From NCBI GenBank assembly GCA_051362555.1, contig CM120647.1:19196651-19260650 (forward strand): a stretch of DNA of 64,000 bases. The letters are read 5' to 3'. How positions within the stretch are numbered: position 1 is the stretch's first letter; every line of letters starts with the position of its first letter. Both the position numbers and the translations under genes were made by a program. Shown piece by piece: positions 49,874-64,000 of this stretch. The notes beneath the pieces were generated by a model that worked only from the letters and a program-made list of their open reading frames with translations, was not told where the DNA came from and did no database searches. Source of the stretch: Lingula anatina. Lineage: Eukaryota; Animalia; Brachiopoda.

Positions 49874-52800
49874 CGGCTGTTTCACGATCAGGGGTACAAA
49901 ATAGGGGTCACCTTGAGAGAAAAATGAACTCTGATGCATTTATTTAATTTTGTAACAGATAAAAAGAATAACATCTTAAAGGACAATGTTCATGTAAAAA
50001 TCCATTTCTCGAATTTTGAAGATACAGCACTCAATCTATACACTAGAGGTATGTTTTAATCGATCCCCGCCATTTAAAAATTATAAAAACAATCTATTAG
50101 TAGAAAAAAAAGCGTTTTAGTTAACCTCACCTCAATATGCAAAAATGAAGCAACAGATCTGGGTCACGTGGTACTGTGACGACAATCACGATAAAGGTCT
50201 ATGAGACTCAACTGAGCTGCATTGGTGCATACAGACGGAGAAGTTAAGGAAAGTTGTGTTGAACGGAGTTGAGGAATTTTCGTTATGCCTCGGTGTGTTG
50301 CCGTGGGATTCACCAAAATTGCAGCTCTCGTTGACAATCTTTCTTTGTCTGTGACGGTCTTCCGTGACTCACTTACTAACTTCGGTGACAATAGTTGTGA
50401 TGCTCTAGATCATGGTCACCTCAGGTGGTTTAGATCATATCAAGAGCTGGTAGTCTTTCAGCTTAACTGTCATCAGTTGGCAAACTTACTGATTGCTGAT
50501 GCATTTTAAATGCATTGTAGTTGACCAAAAGCTCGTTTACAACAAACCTGTTAATTATGCACCGCTGCAATTCCCAAGCCAGGTAATAACAGGTATGAAA
50601 CTCGTCTTGGTGGGCTTTCATATTTTTCAATATATCTCATTTATTTCATGGGGTTATTTTATTGGTAAATGACGTTAAATATCAATACTTAAACAATTAA
50701 GTTCAAACACGGTCGCGAACATTAATAAAAGAAATTGCTCTCAGGGTATCTTGAAGCTTCCGTGGAAGAAAACGTGTTGAGGATCGAAAAACAGGAAAAA
50801 GAGCGTTATATTAAAGAAAAAATGGGAACTGCTATAATAAAATGGTTCGTTATCCTAATTCGTTTATGCTTTGAGGATTTGTTTCTGAAAATTATTTCAT
50901 CTGAAATATTAAATAATTTAAAAGATTGATTATTTTATAACTTGAAACGCAAATTCTGCGTCAGTACGCAATTTTTTTTTTTTTTTTTTTTTTGCAAATT
51001 TGTAAGCTTATAACACCGTGCTATAAAGATCTACTCAAGAAAAAAATTTGCTTGGGTAAAATTGAGTACGGAATGAACTGGAGACACTTGGCTTGTCATT
51101 AAGTTTACACGAAAATATGTCAGGTAACTTTATACTGTCTTTGAAAGAGTAAAGATTGAAAGATAATTTTAGACAAACTTTGACGGGGGAAATACCTACA
51201 AAGAGTAATGGGCTATTTCGCCAACATCTTGTTGAAAATTTTACACTGCAATTCTATTCAAATAAGCTGAGGAACTAATTGCCAAATTAATACTCTCATC
51301 ACATAACAGGGGGGTAACCAGACCTGCAAAAATTGTACGCACATATTTAAAAAGATTACAAGCACATACAGCAAAATGTAGACTTACGCAAAACATGAAG
51401 GACAGCGTAATCACAGCAAATGTACCTCATATAGTAGCTTAATTTCCATTAATAATAAAATCATCATTTAAGTCAAAAATATTCTTGAGATTTAATAACT
51501 ATTTTAATTTACCCAGAACGGTATATTTATTCTAAAGGCGGTTAACTGAAATGTAGTTTTATGATTTGTTTGTGAAAATTGCCCATGTCACCCTGTTAGT
51601 TTGGAGGTCTAAGCTGGATCAAGTCCGTGTTAAAATTCCTATGAAGTTGTGCAGGAAAAATTCTTCCTTTCTTTCTTTAGCTCCTCGATAAACCTGGTGT
51701 TCAGATGCTATCTAGTACCCCCAGGTCTACGGGAGCTGCGCTTTGTAACTAACGCACAGGTAGATTTTTACCTGAGATAACTGGAGTAAAGCTTAGATAG
51801 AGAGTGCGTTCGATACAAGCAAGATAAATTGAATGCCATTTAACCCTCTAATTAAGAGGTAAAGGAAGTTCCAGGTAGATGGATGATTAAGATAGGATAA
51901 AGGTAACGGGCATTGTTTACCTCAGTTTAATAAAAGTATGCAAGACGGAGTGTCAGCGGTTTAATAAAATAAATTGAATTTCACAAATAACATGGACCTC
52001 ATATGCAATAATCAACATTTCCCTTAACTCATTCAAATGCAGTGTTTTATACAACTTGGGATAACCATAATGAAATGCTTGTTAAAGAAATGACTAGACG
52101 GGAAATGGTTTTACACAGCTTCACGAGGATTTAGACCCTTCGGGTAAGAGATTTGAATGAGTATAAACTTTTATCAGAAGCCAGAGAAGTCATCTTACAG
52201 GTAGACAATGCAGCTCAGTTTCACAGCTAAGCACGCTCTGTTCTCCAGTGGCTCGATTGTCGTCATTGGACCACGTGACCACGTAGCTCATTAACTCTCA
52301 GGCCGAGCAAATAGGACGTTTTTTAAAGCCAAAAATTTACAAAATGAGCTTTTAATTTGTGTATTTGGATAAAGATATCGTTAGTTGGGCATGTTTTCTG
52401 AAGAATATGTTCCATTCAGGCCATTCTGACGGCATGAAGCAAACCCTTTAACTATGATAACACAATATAATAATCACTTTTTGTGCTACGCTCAAATTAT
52501 CAGAACACCCCTTAGACTATGATCTGGGGGTACGGACACTACACATTCAAGTAACTGATGCTTTCGTAACTTAAATATCATATTGTTTCCCAGTTATTTT
52601 TGCCAGAATTCTGAAAAATATCAAACTAAAGATAAACAGCAGTACTTTAACCAAAAGGATACAAGTACATGAATTAATCAAAGAGGTTTTTAGAGAAACA
52701 CCACAGCACGTTTTTCAGTGGATGCTGGAGCTTGGTTGTGTGTCATTCAGTTTGACTTTCATTCACCAGACTTTAATTTAAACTTTTCTTTCTGTTCCTT

Positions 52801-55327
52801 GACCTTTTTTATTTATTCATTTCTTTTCTTTGTTTTAGTCTTGATTCCTGTTTTTGGAGTCTTTTCTTCTTTTTCATCTCTCGTTAAATTGCACCTCTTG
52901 TTCTACTGTTTTCAGGATTGTTGGGTTTCTGCTTCTCCTTGACTCTCTGTCAGTATGCCCTAATTTCTTCTCTTTACTTTAGTCTTTCTTGCTGGGCCAG
53001 CCTTGGATGATTCTTCTTTTTTTTTTTGTTTCTATGCTATGTTACGTGCATTCAACGTCTTCCTTACGTGCTTCAGCAAGACTATTAGCATCTTTACGGA
53101 TATTAGCTCTTTGACGTCTTTTTTTTCAAATTATTTTTTGCTGACAGTAAATTTTTCAGGATCCCTTTTTCTTTTCCTGTTTGGCTATTTGTTTATTGTC
53201 ATCCATATTTGATACTTCATTCACTGAGAGTATAATAAATGTACTGTTAATTATTCATGTATTGAAGTGTTCGTACCCCCTCAAAATAGGCCAATATCAT
53301 ATACATTATTCCATAGAATATTAATCCATAAACAGTTTATTATTTTGCAATTAACTGTATTTGGCAATATATTCAAACCAATGTTGTTCATTTTGAATGC
53401 AAAGAGTAGCATCTTTACTGATATTATTTCTTTGCAAAATTTCTTGCCTGACTCTAATTAATCAGTATCACTTTATCGAATATATGTTTATATACAAGGT
53501 TTTTTCTAAACATCATAAGACATGAATGCACTTTATCTAGTCTAAAACAATATTTTGCACCATATTTTGAAGTTTTAACATCATTGATAAGTAGCCAGTT
53601 ATCCAATGGTTAATGTATAACTTGGGGGTACAGACACTACAGTAGGGGTACGGACACTACATTTGGCACCAAATTCTTGCATATCTTTTCATAATAAGGG
53701 GTCATGTGCTATTTTTCTCCTGCAAAATAATTGTCAGTGTAGACATTATAGAATAATAAAATCAGACAGAATATGCTGTGATTCCTAAATAAAACAGATA
53801 GGGGGGTACGGACACTACAAAAAGTAGGAGACACCAAGGGGCTCATGATTATAAATACCATAGCATTAATAATAATGGTTACATATGCACAACTCCTTTA
53901 TTATGTTTATAACATGGTAAATTCATCTTATTAACACGTAGGTGATTTCAAAGTAATATTTGGCCTTATCAAATATGTTTTTCATTGCATTAACAAAAAT
54001 AACTGGTTTCCCATCAAAAGAGGAGTGCGTCAGGGCTGTGTCATGTCTCCAGACCTTTTTAACTTATACTCTGAAATGATCTTGAGAGATTTGGAGGATC
54101 GTCCGAGAGGAATCACAGTCAATGGTGTCAGGATAAACAATCTCCGCTATGCCGATGATACAGTTCTATTAGCTACATCAGGAGAGGATCTCCAAAATCT
54201 CTTTGATGCTGCTGTCGCCTCCAGCACAAGGCTTGGACTACATGTCAACAGCAAAAAAACAAAAACCATGGTGGTTTCAAAGTCAGAGGTCACAGCACGT
54301 TGCAGATTGCTTCATGGGAACACTCCCATCGACCAGGTCTCCTCATTCAACTATCTCGGGGCACTTGTGACATCCAAAGCCTGTTGCAAGACAGAAATCC
54401 AAAGAAGAATTGGCCAAGCGAAAAATGCATTCACACGTCTCGGCCCAATCTTCAAGGATCGTGGGCTGTCCTTAAAGATAAAGATCCGCCTCCTTAAAAC
54501 CTATATCTGGTCTACTCTTCTGTATGGCTGTGAGTCTTAGACTTTGACAGCAGAAACTCAACGTAATATTGAAGCAGCTGAAATGTGGTTCTACAGGCGC
54601 ATGCATCGAATCTCCTACATTGAGCATGTTACAAATGAAGAGGTCCTTAAACAGATTGATCAAAAAAAAAAAAAAAAAAAAAAAAAAGACAGCTTCTCAA
54701 CACTGTCAGAGAAAGACAACTGAAGTTCTTGGGACATTGCATCAGAAAAGAGGGATTAGAAGATCTTAACCTGAGCGGAAGAATACCTGGCAAAAGAGCC
54801 CGAGGCAGACATCGAAAATCCTTTCTTGACAATTTGAATTACCAGCAAGACACCTTTGGTCATGGGCGAGAAATAGAACCCTTTGCCAGAATATCATCGT
54901 TCGTCAAACACCGAATCGGTGATGGCACATAAAGAAGAAGAAGAACAAAAATAAGTAAAATGTGTATCAAAGCCCGTTTCTGCAAAATGGTTAAAATATT
55001 TTTTCTCAGAACATATCTTTGGAAGAACTTGCTAGAAGAGAAGACACATATTGTGGGAATTATATAACAATATCATATTCACCATAAATCATTGACATAA
55101 AGAGCTAGTGCATTATCTTTATGGCCTTCATTGCAAATGACCTACCGTAACAGCTAAAAATAGGTACTTTTTGATTCCGATTATTATAATTCTTTTTTTT
55201 ATTTTGCTCCTATGAACAGTGTCTTTGATATTAGTCTATCAGCAATCTCCAATCATAAATTGTTAATTTATCAGACACTTGTAACATTAACCACATTTAA
55301 TTGTTCACCCTGATTGTGAAACAGCCG
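49874..55327. mobile_element. Non-autonomous DNA transposon, ~5.45 kb, 4-bp TSD (Sola-like by TSD length; superfamily uncertain)
   Basis: TIR CGGCTGTTTCACGATCAGGG / CCCTGATTGTGAAACAGCCG with AGTA directly flanking both ends. No intact transposase. Confidence 0.75.
54000..54945 (+). mobile_element. 5'-truncated RTE-clade LINE fragment nested in the 49874-55327 element
   Basis: GVRQGCVMSPDLFNLYSE, NNLRYADD, LLYGCES*, GHCIRKEGLE...GRIPGKRARGR, with a short 3' UTR ending in (aag)n. Confidence 0.9.
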
Positions 55328-56075
55328 AGTAGCTTTCAAACAATCATGAATATAGTGGACATTTTATAAATGATCGAATGTTTTTGTTTTTTTTTAGAGA
55401 CTCGTGACAAAATATTTAACATGTTGGTATAAACACACTTTACATTGAATGAGACTGTTATATATGTTATTGAATTCCTTTACGTTTTCTGTTTTGATAT
55501 GATATTTGACGTTATTTATTTGAAATATTGCAATCTAGAAGTATATTTTAAAAATAAAAATACTTGCTACGAAACTGCTACGAAATCATATATTTTTGTC
55601 TGGTACGGGATCATTGGTGTGATTATAAATTACCATAAACACACTATAAACATATAGGTACAAGCATATGTTACACAAGAGGATATGTTCAAACTTAAAG
55701 GGAGGAAGAACTACAGTTACATAGCTGTTTACATGGTTGTTTAAAGCCAGTTTGATGACAAAGATAATTACAATTAATGACAATTACATAAGACATAGAT
55801 AGGTAAATAAGTTACACAGATATAAATATTGTGCCATATTCAGTCCCACTGACAAGTCACTTCTTACAACAGTGGAATTATACACTGAAATTTTAAGGGA
55901 TATGCTATTAGCCTATTATGGGGTCACCAAATCTGTTCATTGCTGTAGTTGAGAAGAACACAATCAACTGTTGCACGTTCGTCGTCCAGACATCCCAGTT
56001 AACCATTTGGAACCAAAAAGACGACTTGTTGACATCTCCGTCTAAAGAATTCCAACGCATCTTTAATACTTAATG

Positions 56076-56112
<37 letters not shown>

Positions 56113-56272
56113 AGCAAATGCCTGGTATAACACTTTGAGCATTATAGTAAAATAAAATAACGTAGTAAAACCTGAAAATATCTCACACACAATCCAAATT
56201 TATTCATTCATTCATTCATTTATTCTTTGTCAATCATTCATTCATTATACTAATATCACACAATTAACATCG

Positions 56273-56563
56273 CAGTGGCGGATTTAGGGGGGGGGAGGAG
56301 AGTCCATCCTCCTTCAATTTCTGAAAAAAAAAAACACACACAAATGGTTCCCTCTTGAAATTAGAATTTTGACTCGCTTAAATAGCCCTAAACCGTATCA
56401 AATGACACCGACACCGTTAGCCCTCTTAAATACCTAAAAATTTCGGGGCCCGTTATAGGGTCCCGCACCCTACGCCATTTCAGTTTGCCAAAGGTCCCGC
56501 ACCCTATGCCAAAAAGGGGGGGGGGGGGATTGGCTTCGCATCCACGGACCCTCCCCCCCCCCC

Positions 56564-56594
<31 letters not shown>

Positions 56595-56639
56595 ACACAC
56601 ACACTTCTAACACTTCAAATAATCCTGGATCCGCCCCTG
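56273..56639. mobile_element. MITE with CAGTGGCGGAT...GGATCCGCCCCTG termini (PIF/Harbinger-like, tentative)
   Basis: Terminal inverted repeats and internal poly-G/poly-C tracts. Confidence 0.6.
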
Positions 56640-56839
56640 CATAGTACCGGTTGTCAATGTTCAATCACGTTCTATATGTCGATGCATTTTATTTTTATAT
56701 GCTATTTTTACTTGTATTTTGAACGAATAAGATACTTCATTCGTCCAAGCTTGTGTGCATAGCTCGGAGGAAATCATTATCCCTTATTACGTAAACCCAC
56801 CTGCTACATAAACATTGTAACCTACATGCTATGACGAAC

Positions 56840-57312
56840 TTGTCCAATCAAAAGGCTGCACTGAGACACACCTCCGTAAAAAGGTCAAGGTCATTTCTGT
56901 GGAGGCAGTCGAGCTGGGACGTAATTTAACCGGGCAAACAAAGCTGCATTTACCACATTTCTCGTCCTGTTCTAGCGTTCATATTACGCAAATAGACATA
57001 TAAGGTACTCGGGACATAAGACGTGATCAAAAATTGAAAACACCCAGAAAAAATACGAAGCAAAGTCAGTGTTATGTCGACGGGCATACGAGCGTCTGCC
57101 CCTTATATTCTTCGATACGGATTACGTCGGGTCGGCAATCAGAGACTTTATAAAACAGGGCCGCGTTTGATCCAGTTTTCCCCACACACTCCAGGACAGC
57201 GTCTGCCTCTGTTAAGCCGAGGCATCTCCAATGTGGACGTAGAGAACAGGAACGGAGAGGAGTCGGAATGGGTGGCGGACCTGGCGCAAAACCTCAGAGA
57301 AAGAAAGTAGGT
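56840..57312 (+). promoter_or_regulatory. Putative Pol II promoter and non-coding first exon (~57174-57306) of a downstream gene extending beyond the window
   Basis: CpG-rich patch, CCAAT (~56844), TCAAGGTCA (56885), TATAAAA (57149), Inr-like CCAGTT ~25 nt downstream, donor AAA|GTAGGT. There is a strong acceptor ttatttatttcag| at 63957. Confidence 0.45.
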
Positions 57313-60300
57313 CACATGCTTATACATGGCTAATGTCATATTGATCGGTCGATGATTTTATCTGTCAATGAAGCCACATTCTCCTTAACACACTTGTGAG
57401 TCGTTAGGGGGGAAATCATAACGGGCCTGGTAATCTTAAACAAATTTCGTATAATTGTCATGGTAGACGTCACTAAGCTTGTGGCCTTTTTTAGATTCAT
57501 CAACCGGTCAAGAAGATGGTTCACCTTACGTACATGATGTACTGGAGCAATACTACATTATTATGTAATAGTATTACTATTGTGTAATATGTTTTGTTTT
57601 TATTTTCATATATTAAAACGTTGAGATAAGATCAGTTCCCTATCACAGTATTATTGTACATGTATATTCATAAACAACCCTTTCTTTTCTTTTGGTTGAG
57701 GTTGAGGGAGAATATACAGTATTTATTAATATTCTGTGAGAAGAATTGAGTTTTACTGGTAACTTTATTTTCAAGAACAGAAATGAATATTTTCTCAGTT
57801 TATTTTGACAGATATATACAAATTTAACTGTGTCTCGTATACTTGTTCTTATACATACTGGGGGATGATGCTACCATATATGTTACATAACTACAGGTAA
57901 GGCCATAAAACGAGTCGAGTGCACAAGCAGTCGACTCTAATCAAATTAATTTACATGTCTGGGAATTATATTTGTGAACACTACAATGTGTGTATTCATA
58001 AACTGAATATAAATTGTGTGGTAGTAGATTTTAGCCAAATTCTTTAGTTAAGTAGTCTTACTAGTACAGATATCTTTGAATTACTTAAAATATTTCACTA
58101 TTTTTTCTCCAAATTCAGCATTGATTCCAGAGTTAAATTTTCATATTTACCTATAATAAGCATGCATATCCAGCCAGTGGGGATATATGCTTGGCTTTAA
58201 GGTTTTGTGAGTGAGCTGAGACCCAATACCAGCTAGTTCACTGCACCAGTATGTTTATTAGGAATTAGCAAGTCCATGTGCAGCAGTGCACGTTTTCCTC
58301 AGCTAAATTGTTTCACAGACTGATCAAAGGAAGGGGTACTATAGGTAGATTCAGAATAGGAGATACTATGATAATGTGTGCATTACCCCTTGCTATAACA
58401 TCATTCACCTCTACTGCATCTTGCATATGTAAATAAAGTCAGAATTCCTTTCCATTTATTTTCTTTTGCCAGTGTAGCTTTGATGTGCAAAGAAATGATG
58501 TTTAAAAGGAAGAGGTGAAAAGACTTAGATATGTACATAAACTGGGATTATAAGTAATAAGAAGTCCACGGTTGCTGATACCCAGTTAATAATAGGAGGC
58601 CATGTACTAAACATAATTATTTGCTGTATCACTGTATTTGTTAGTGATTTGTAGTGTCCAATGAACTCACTCACTGTATCTTTTCACTCTAATATTTGAT
58701 TACAGAACTTAATTATAATATGCACCTTCAGAGGATGAAGCTACAATACAGAAGGGCATACTTTTTAGTGAAGTGTGCAGTTCCCCCCCCCCCCCCCCCT
58801 TTATCATTCCCACTCCCTCCTCAAGGTGTGGACAGAAGCTGTCTTGTGGGTTTTCCAGAAAATGGTCAGAATTTTTCAAGTTTGCATTGATGGGCATCTA
58901 ATTTTTTCTGTCAGAAACGGTCAAAAATACAAGACGGTTCAGCAAAGATCATTTGGAAGACTGTCGAAAAAATTATCACTGGACCTGCCCTTGTTCCTCA
59001 TCTTCTACCATGTGTACTAGTTTTCATGAAGCCAAATATTAAGCTGCCTCCTGTATTCTTTCATGACTTCTTCATTTTAATAACAAGTATTGATGACAAG
59101 TTGCTGCAAATCACAGATGTTTTGTGGATGGGTGTGCAAGCAAGTGATACATGTGCTCTTTGGTAATGGGTAGGAGATAAGGGAGGATGTTTCACTTCAA
59201 CTACTGTACCAAACGGTGCATATATGTTTGTTTAACCTGCCACGTACCTCTGCTGTGTTTGTTCATGCAAGCATCACAAACATGGCTTTCAAATTTTGTA
59301 TAAAAGAACCTTTAAAATGAAAAGTTTCTCAGTCAAATGGCTTCACTTGACTTGCTACCATTTAGAGAGAGTGAGTTCTTTGGACAAATACAGTTCTGAC
59401 CCCTGCAGAAGTGTGTAGTAAATATTTGTTGTGTCTGGGAAGCTATGCATTCATGTTTAATTCATCCATCTGATTCCACCTGCCCAGAAATTGACCTCAA
59501 AAGGTTAAAACTCAGCATGAACGTCGCAGTTAATATGTAAAGGTGTTTGTTTACACCTCTGACTGGTGGGAGTTTGGGTGATATGGGTAAACAAGGAAAT
59601 AAAGTGCTGACAGTGAATAATGTCCTGCTTTTCTAATGCCTCAGTTTTTTAGTGTTTTACACATTCATATTGTTTTCAGACACTCAATGTACATTTTTTG
59701 TATACAAAGTTTAAAAAGTTTAAAAAAATTTTTTTTTTAGAGTCAGCATCTTTTAGTAGTATACCACAAAATGGGAATTTTTCATTAAAATAGGCAAACG
59801 GAGGGTTGGAGGTGGGGCTTTTCTGAAAACATTGCACTCTTTTTTTTTTTTTTTTTTACCCTGGGGTCCCTTAATTGACCCAACTTAAAATGGCAAATAA
59901 TCTAGAACAAAATTTGATTCAGAATAATCACCTTTTACTGCCGAAAAAGAAAAGTCTTAGAATAAAAGATGGGAGAGAGGGGAGGATGAATGATCCAAAA
60001 CCTTACTTACAATGATTGAAATATAATAGAAATATTTGTAAACAGAGATATATTATTTAATCTTTAACAAAATATAGAACAAATTCAATTTGTTTGTATA
60101 GGACAAAACCACTGTGGCTGGCAGATCATTATCGTGCAGCCTGAACAACCAACAGCCATGGTTAGAATTGATTTAAATATGTCCCAATTCCCTCGATGAG
60201 ATCCATACTTCTATACCTCAGTGCTAACTGTTGTAATGTAACCATTGATTACAGCTGCCAGCTTTATTAAGATATCATGTAGGGATTCCATCTTTAAAAC

Positions 60301-62181
60301 TACTAGTAAGGCACTAGTAATGATTCTTTTCAGTGGGCAAAAATTGTCAAACTTTCAGATACATGATTTTATAATCACAGATATTTTATTTTTCTTTAGC
60401 ACTGTTTTAACTGCATAGAATTCTGAATAGAACAAAAGGATAGCCTGCTTTATAGTTTGTTGTTACCACTCAATAGGAATGTCCTGATTTCAAGAAATTG
60501 CAATTAGTAAATAACATACATGTACTAGTACTGTATCTGTAAAATTCACAATTTTCCCCCATTAAAAAGATCAAGTGCTAGTAAATACTATTCATTATTT
60601 ATTTATCTATTGTTAGGATATATGGTTTTGGAAGGTAGCATTGCTCCACATGCAATATCTGTTTTAAAAAAAACATTTGTAAAATGAAAATTTAATAATT
60701 TCATATCCTAAACAAGGTAGCCATCCCAACAGATAGGAAAAAATATAATCCAATGACAAATTTTTACCCATTTTTAAGTTTCACATTTCTAGGTTTTGAA
60801 TCACTCTCATATTGGAGCCATATACTAGTAGACTGGGGAATTTCATTGGTAGCAGTTAAGAAGTGTAGAACTCAGAAGTGTGTGTATTTGTAATTGTAAT
60901 TTCCCCATAGGTTTTGGCTTATAAATATTAGACGTTGCTCAATAATACCTTCACAATAAAATGTTGTTGTTTTTTTTCACAAAAATAAAATATTTATTTA
61001 TTCATTTATTTATTTATTTATTTGTGCTACATTCTAGTAAAAGTGTAACACTTTTTTTTTTTTTTTGCATGTCTGTAAATGTCTTGTGTCTGATCCAAGG
61101 CTAGGTACATACATGTATTATCCTCTTAATTATTTGCACTTTTCTCTAACACGAGAAGTAGAGAAAAGGTCATAAACAAACCAGAAACACATCTGTGAAT
61201 GTTTAATGAAAAATCAATCTGCGGTCCTGGTAGAGAGTACAGTACATGTATTACATATATCTATAGATGCTTCACCTCCTCTGGCCAAGTTATATCACCC
61301 TGAGTCTCAAAGGTAACTAGAAGACATAACCTTCATCATCAACATAACTTTACAGTTTCCAGTTCCTGGCAAGTTGATGAGAGAGGTGGGTTCACAGCAG
61401 GGCTGTTCCCAGGATTGGGGTACAGTCTGTCCAAAATTACCACCTGTAATTTCCTACAAAGTTTCAGGGAGTCCAAACCATCTTTTCTCAAAAAAATTCA
61501 TAAGCTGTCCAGCCGTCTTTGAAAATATTGGCTACCTGGTGATGCCAGTGGCAGTCCAAATGATGGCTGGACAGTTTTCTGGGAAAAGACTTGGTTCGCA
61601 GTAATCTCTGAGACTCAGGGTACTCGCCCCAAACATTTACCTGGAATACCTGGCTGAAACCCTGGTACAGGTGAGATGATTTCTGTCCAGAACTAAAAAT
61701 ATTGCCAATTTTCACGTCAGATCTAATTCTGCTTAGAGATCAGCCCATACAACTGTAATAGTACAGGGTACATGAAACTCTTCACTGACAACTACCAGAA
61801 CATTGTAGTAGTTGTAAGAACATAGTACATTTGTTGTTTAATGCACAAACAAATAAACAAACAAATCACTTATTGCCTGAACACCTCCCCCCCCCCTGCC
61901 CATTCACCCTAACCCCCTCCCCACTGGCTAAGGGCCTCCCTCCCCCCAACCACCCTCCCCCTCCCCCTCCCCTCTGCCCTCAAAACTCATTATCTTTAGC
62001 ATGTCAGAGTAACAAGCACCATATGAAAGATGTTTTGTACTTTTTTAATGTTTCAAAAGGTTCGACTAACATTTGCAGGAATGTTAGTGCCAGGAAAGGT
62101 TACACTGATATATATACCCTGATCTTTACCTTACTTGTTATTATTTAGTTCAGTATAATGTTACTGCCAGGAAAGGTTACA

Positions 62182-62248
<67 letters not shown>

Positions 62249-62250
<2 letters not shown>

Positions 62251-63630
62251 GCCATTCCGTGGTATTTTTTTGCTGTTATGGAAGGACATTTGACACTACA
62301 AATGAAAATATTTTCAAAAGTAAAAAAGTTACAAGGTCCATTTTTTGTATGTTAATTCTTCTATATGTAAGTTATAATTAGGCAAAAGATTAGGTTTAAA
62401 AAAATTAAAGTTACGAAAAAATTATAATAAATAGTTAGCATCTCGGAAGGACGTGAAATGGACATGGAATTTTAACTTTCAACTTCAACACTAAAATTCT
62501 GCTCTGTCTGTGTAGATATTTTTAAAATCAAATCAAAATATGAATATTTGATTATTTTACTTTCTCGGTGTATAAAAATTTTTTTGGAAAAAAAATAATA
62601 AATTTGAAAATTTTGCATATAAAAAATCAAGTAGGCGTCATGGAAGGACACGTCTCGGAAGGACGTTTTGTCCATGGCTAAATAAAATGTAAAATAAGGC
62701 TAATAATAATATTTTATGAATACATACCAGCATAATTTTGATGAATAATATCAAATGTAAACATGTCTTTCCATGGTAATATATTTCATCTTCAAACATG
62801 TTACTAATTTTGACTATAATATAAGTTCTCATCTGTTCTGATCATCTTTAAATAATATTGGGACATTTTTTGAGAAATTCTTACCAAACCTATTAATTAT
62901 AAATATAATCAATTGTCTAAATTATAATAACTTCAATATTATTCATTCAAATGAAATGTTTCTCAGTTTAAAATGCTTCTATATATAATAATTGTGAATT
63001 TTAAGTTTAAGATTATCTTGAAAGACAAGGGTTTTGGGGCTCATTGGTCACATGACCTGTTATGGTCCAATCAAAATGCCTCATACTTGCTTCCACTGTG
63101 CTAGGTGTCATGTTTAATGCTTATATATTTGGATTTAATTTCTTACTGAAGTGGTTCTAAGCAAAAATAATTTCATATTTTGTTGGCCCCTTTCATGGTT
63201 GAGGAGAATATGAAGTTATAAGTTTTTAACTTTTGTAGTTACTGAGAAAACTTAAAAAATAGGTACCAAAATCATCTCGGAAGGACAAATTGATATTGAT
63301 TAATCCATTATTTTATAATCAAATATTTTTTTAATCTAATGCACCGGACTAAATGTAAGAAATAGGTTATATTTAATGTATTTAGCCTTTATTGTTTAAA
63401 ATGATCTCTATTATGAAAAATATATCAAAAATAAAAATGTCCTTCCGTGACACTATTTTATAAGTTTTCCAGATAAAAGTGTCAATAAAATCATAATTAA
63501 TCATCAAAACCTAAAATTTCTTTTGGATTCTGGTGTCTTATGATGTTTGGTTTCAGAAATTATAAGTTTTATAAGCAGGATTCCTTTTTGAAATTTTGAG
63601 GTCTGCGGACCAAATACCACGGAATGGCCC
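62249..63630. mobile_element. Non-autonomous DNA transposon, ~1.4 kb, inserted in an (AT)n tract (ISL2EU-like if the TSD is AT)
   Basis: Perfect TIR GGGCCATTCCGTGGTATTT / AAATACCACGGAATGGCCC and internal repeats tctcggaaggac. It splits the second unit of a ~77-bp tandem repeat (62083-62185 / 63631-63690). Confidence 0.85.
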
Positions 63631-64000
63631 ATATATATATATACTCTGATCTTTACCTTACTTATTATTATTTAGTTCATTATAAGGTTACTCAAAAAGT
63701 ATATTAACATTGTTTTGGAAGTGTGAGCTCATTAAGAAAGTTTTTTTTTTATTTATTTATTTATTATTTTCTTCTTTTTTGACTAATATTAATTCTTTTA
63801 TGATGAATTTTGCATGTTCTTTGGATAAGCATTTTTTTATGAAAAAATTCTAGTGATCCAAACATTAAGCTAAGATAATATAATATTAAATGAATGTATA
63901 AAAGATACTAGTATTTTAATAAATTGACTTTATTTTTTCATTATTTATTTATTTCAGTGTGGACAGAATTGTGTGCTCTTTAGAGGACTCCATATTTGAT

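Noticed and set aside
57400-62200. Short ORFs in the right-hand region
   Set aside because: Low-complexity or poly-C driven with no motifs. The region looks like ordinary intron.

Overview
AT-rich, microsatellite-rich eukaryotic DNA with spliceosomal GT-AG introns. The repeat repertoire suggests an invertebrate, probably a mollusc (inference). About half of the window is mobile elements: a ~9.6 kb non-autonomous CACTA/EnSpm-type element (5003-14644), a decayed Tc1/mariner with two MITE derivatives, an apparently intact ~8.1 kb L1/Tx1-clade LINE (37018-45146), a ~5.45 kb TIR element with a 4-bp TSD and a nested RTE fragment, and smaller MITE/LINE pieces. The main non-TE content is a cassette present in three tandem copies. 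Each copy has two small two-exon genes arranged head-to-head, which I label A (minus strand) and B (plus strand). I cannot assign them to a known family. Read by hand, A and B share a core motif (Q-x-A-I...VW-x-NA-x-[IL]-x-[IL]...D...G-x4-[RK]F-[hydrophobic]). Several copies start with MGN, a myristoylation-like N-terminus, and only A has a hydrophobic/amphipathic C-terminal tail. Both genes are damaged in the middle unit. Each unit is preceded by a decayed tRNA-Trp copy and a conserved 33-nt motif. All coordinates and alignments were read by eye and no database searches were run.
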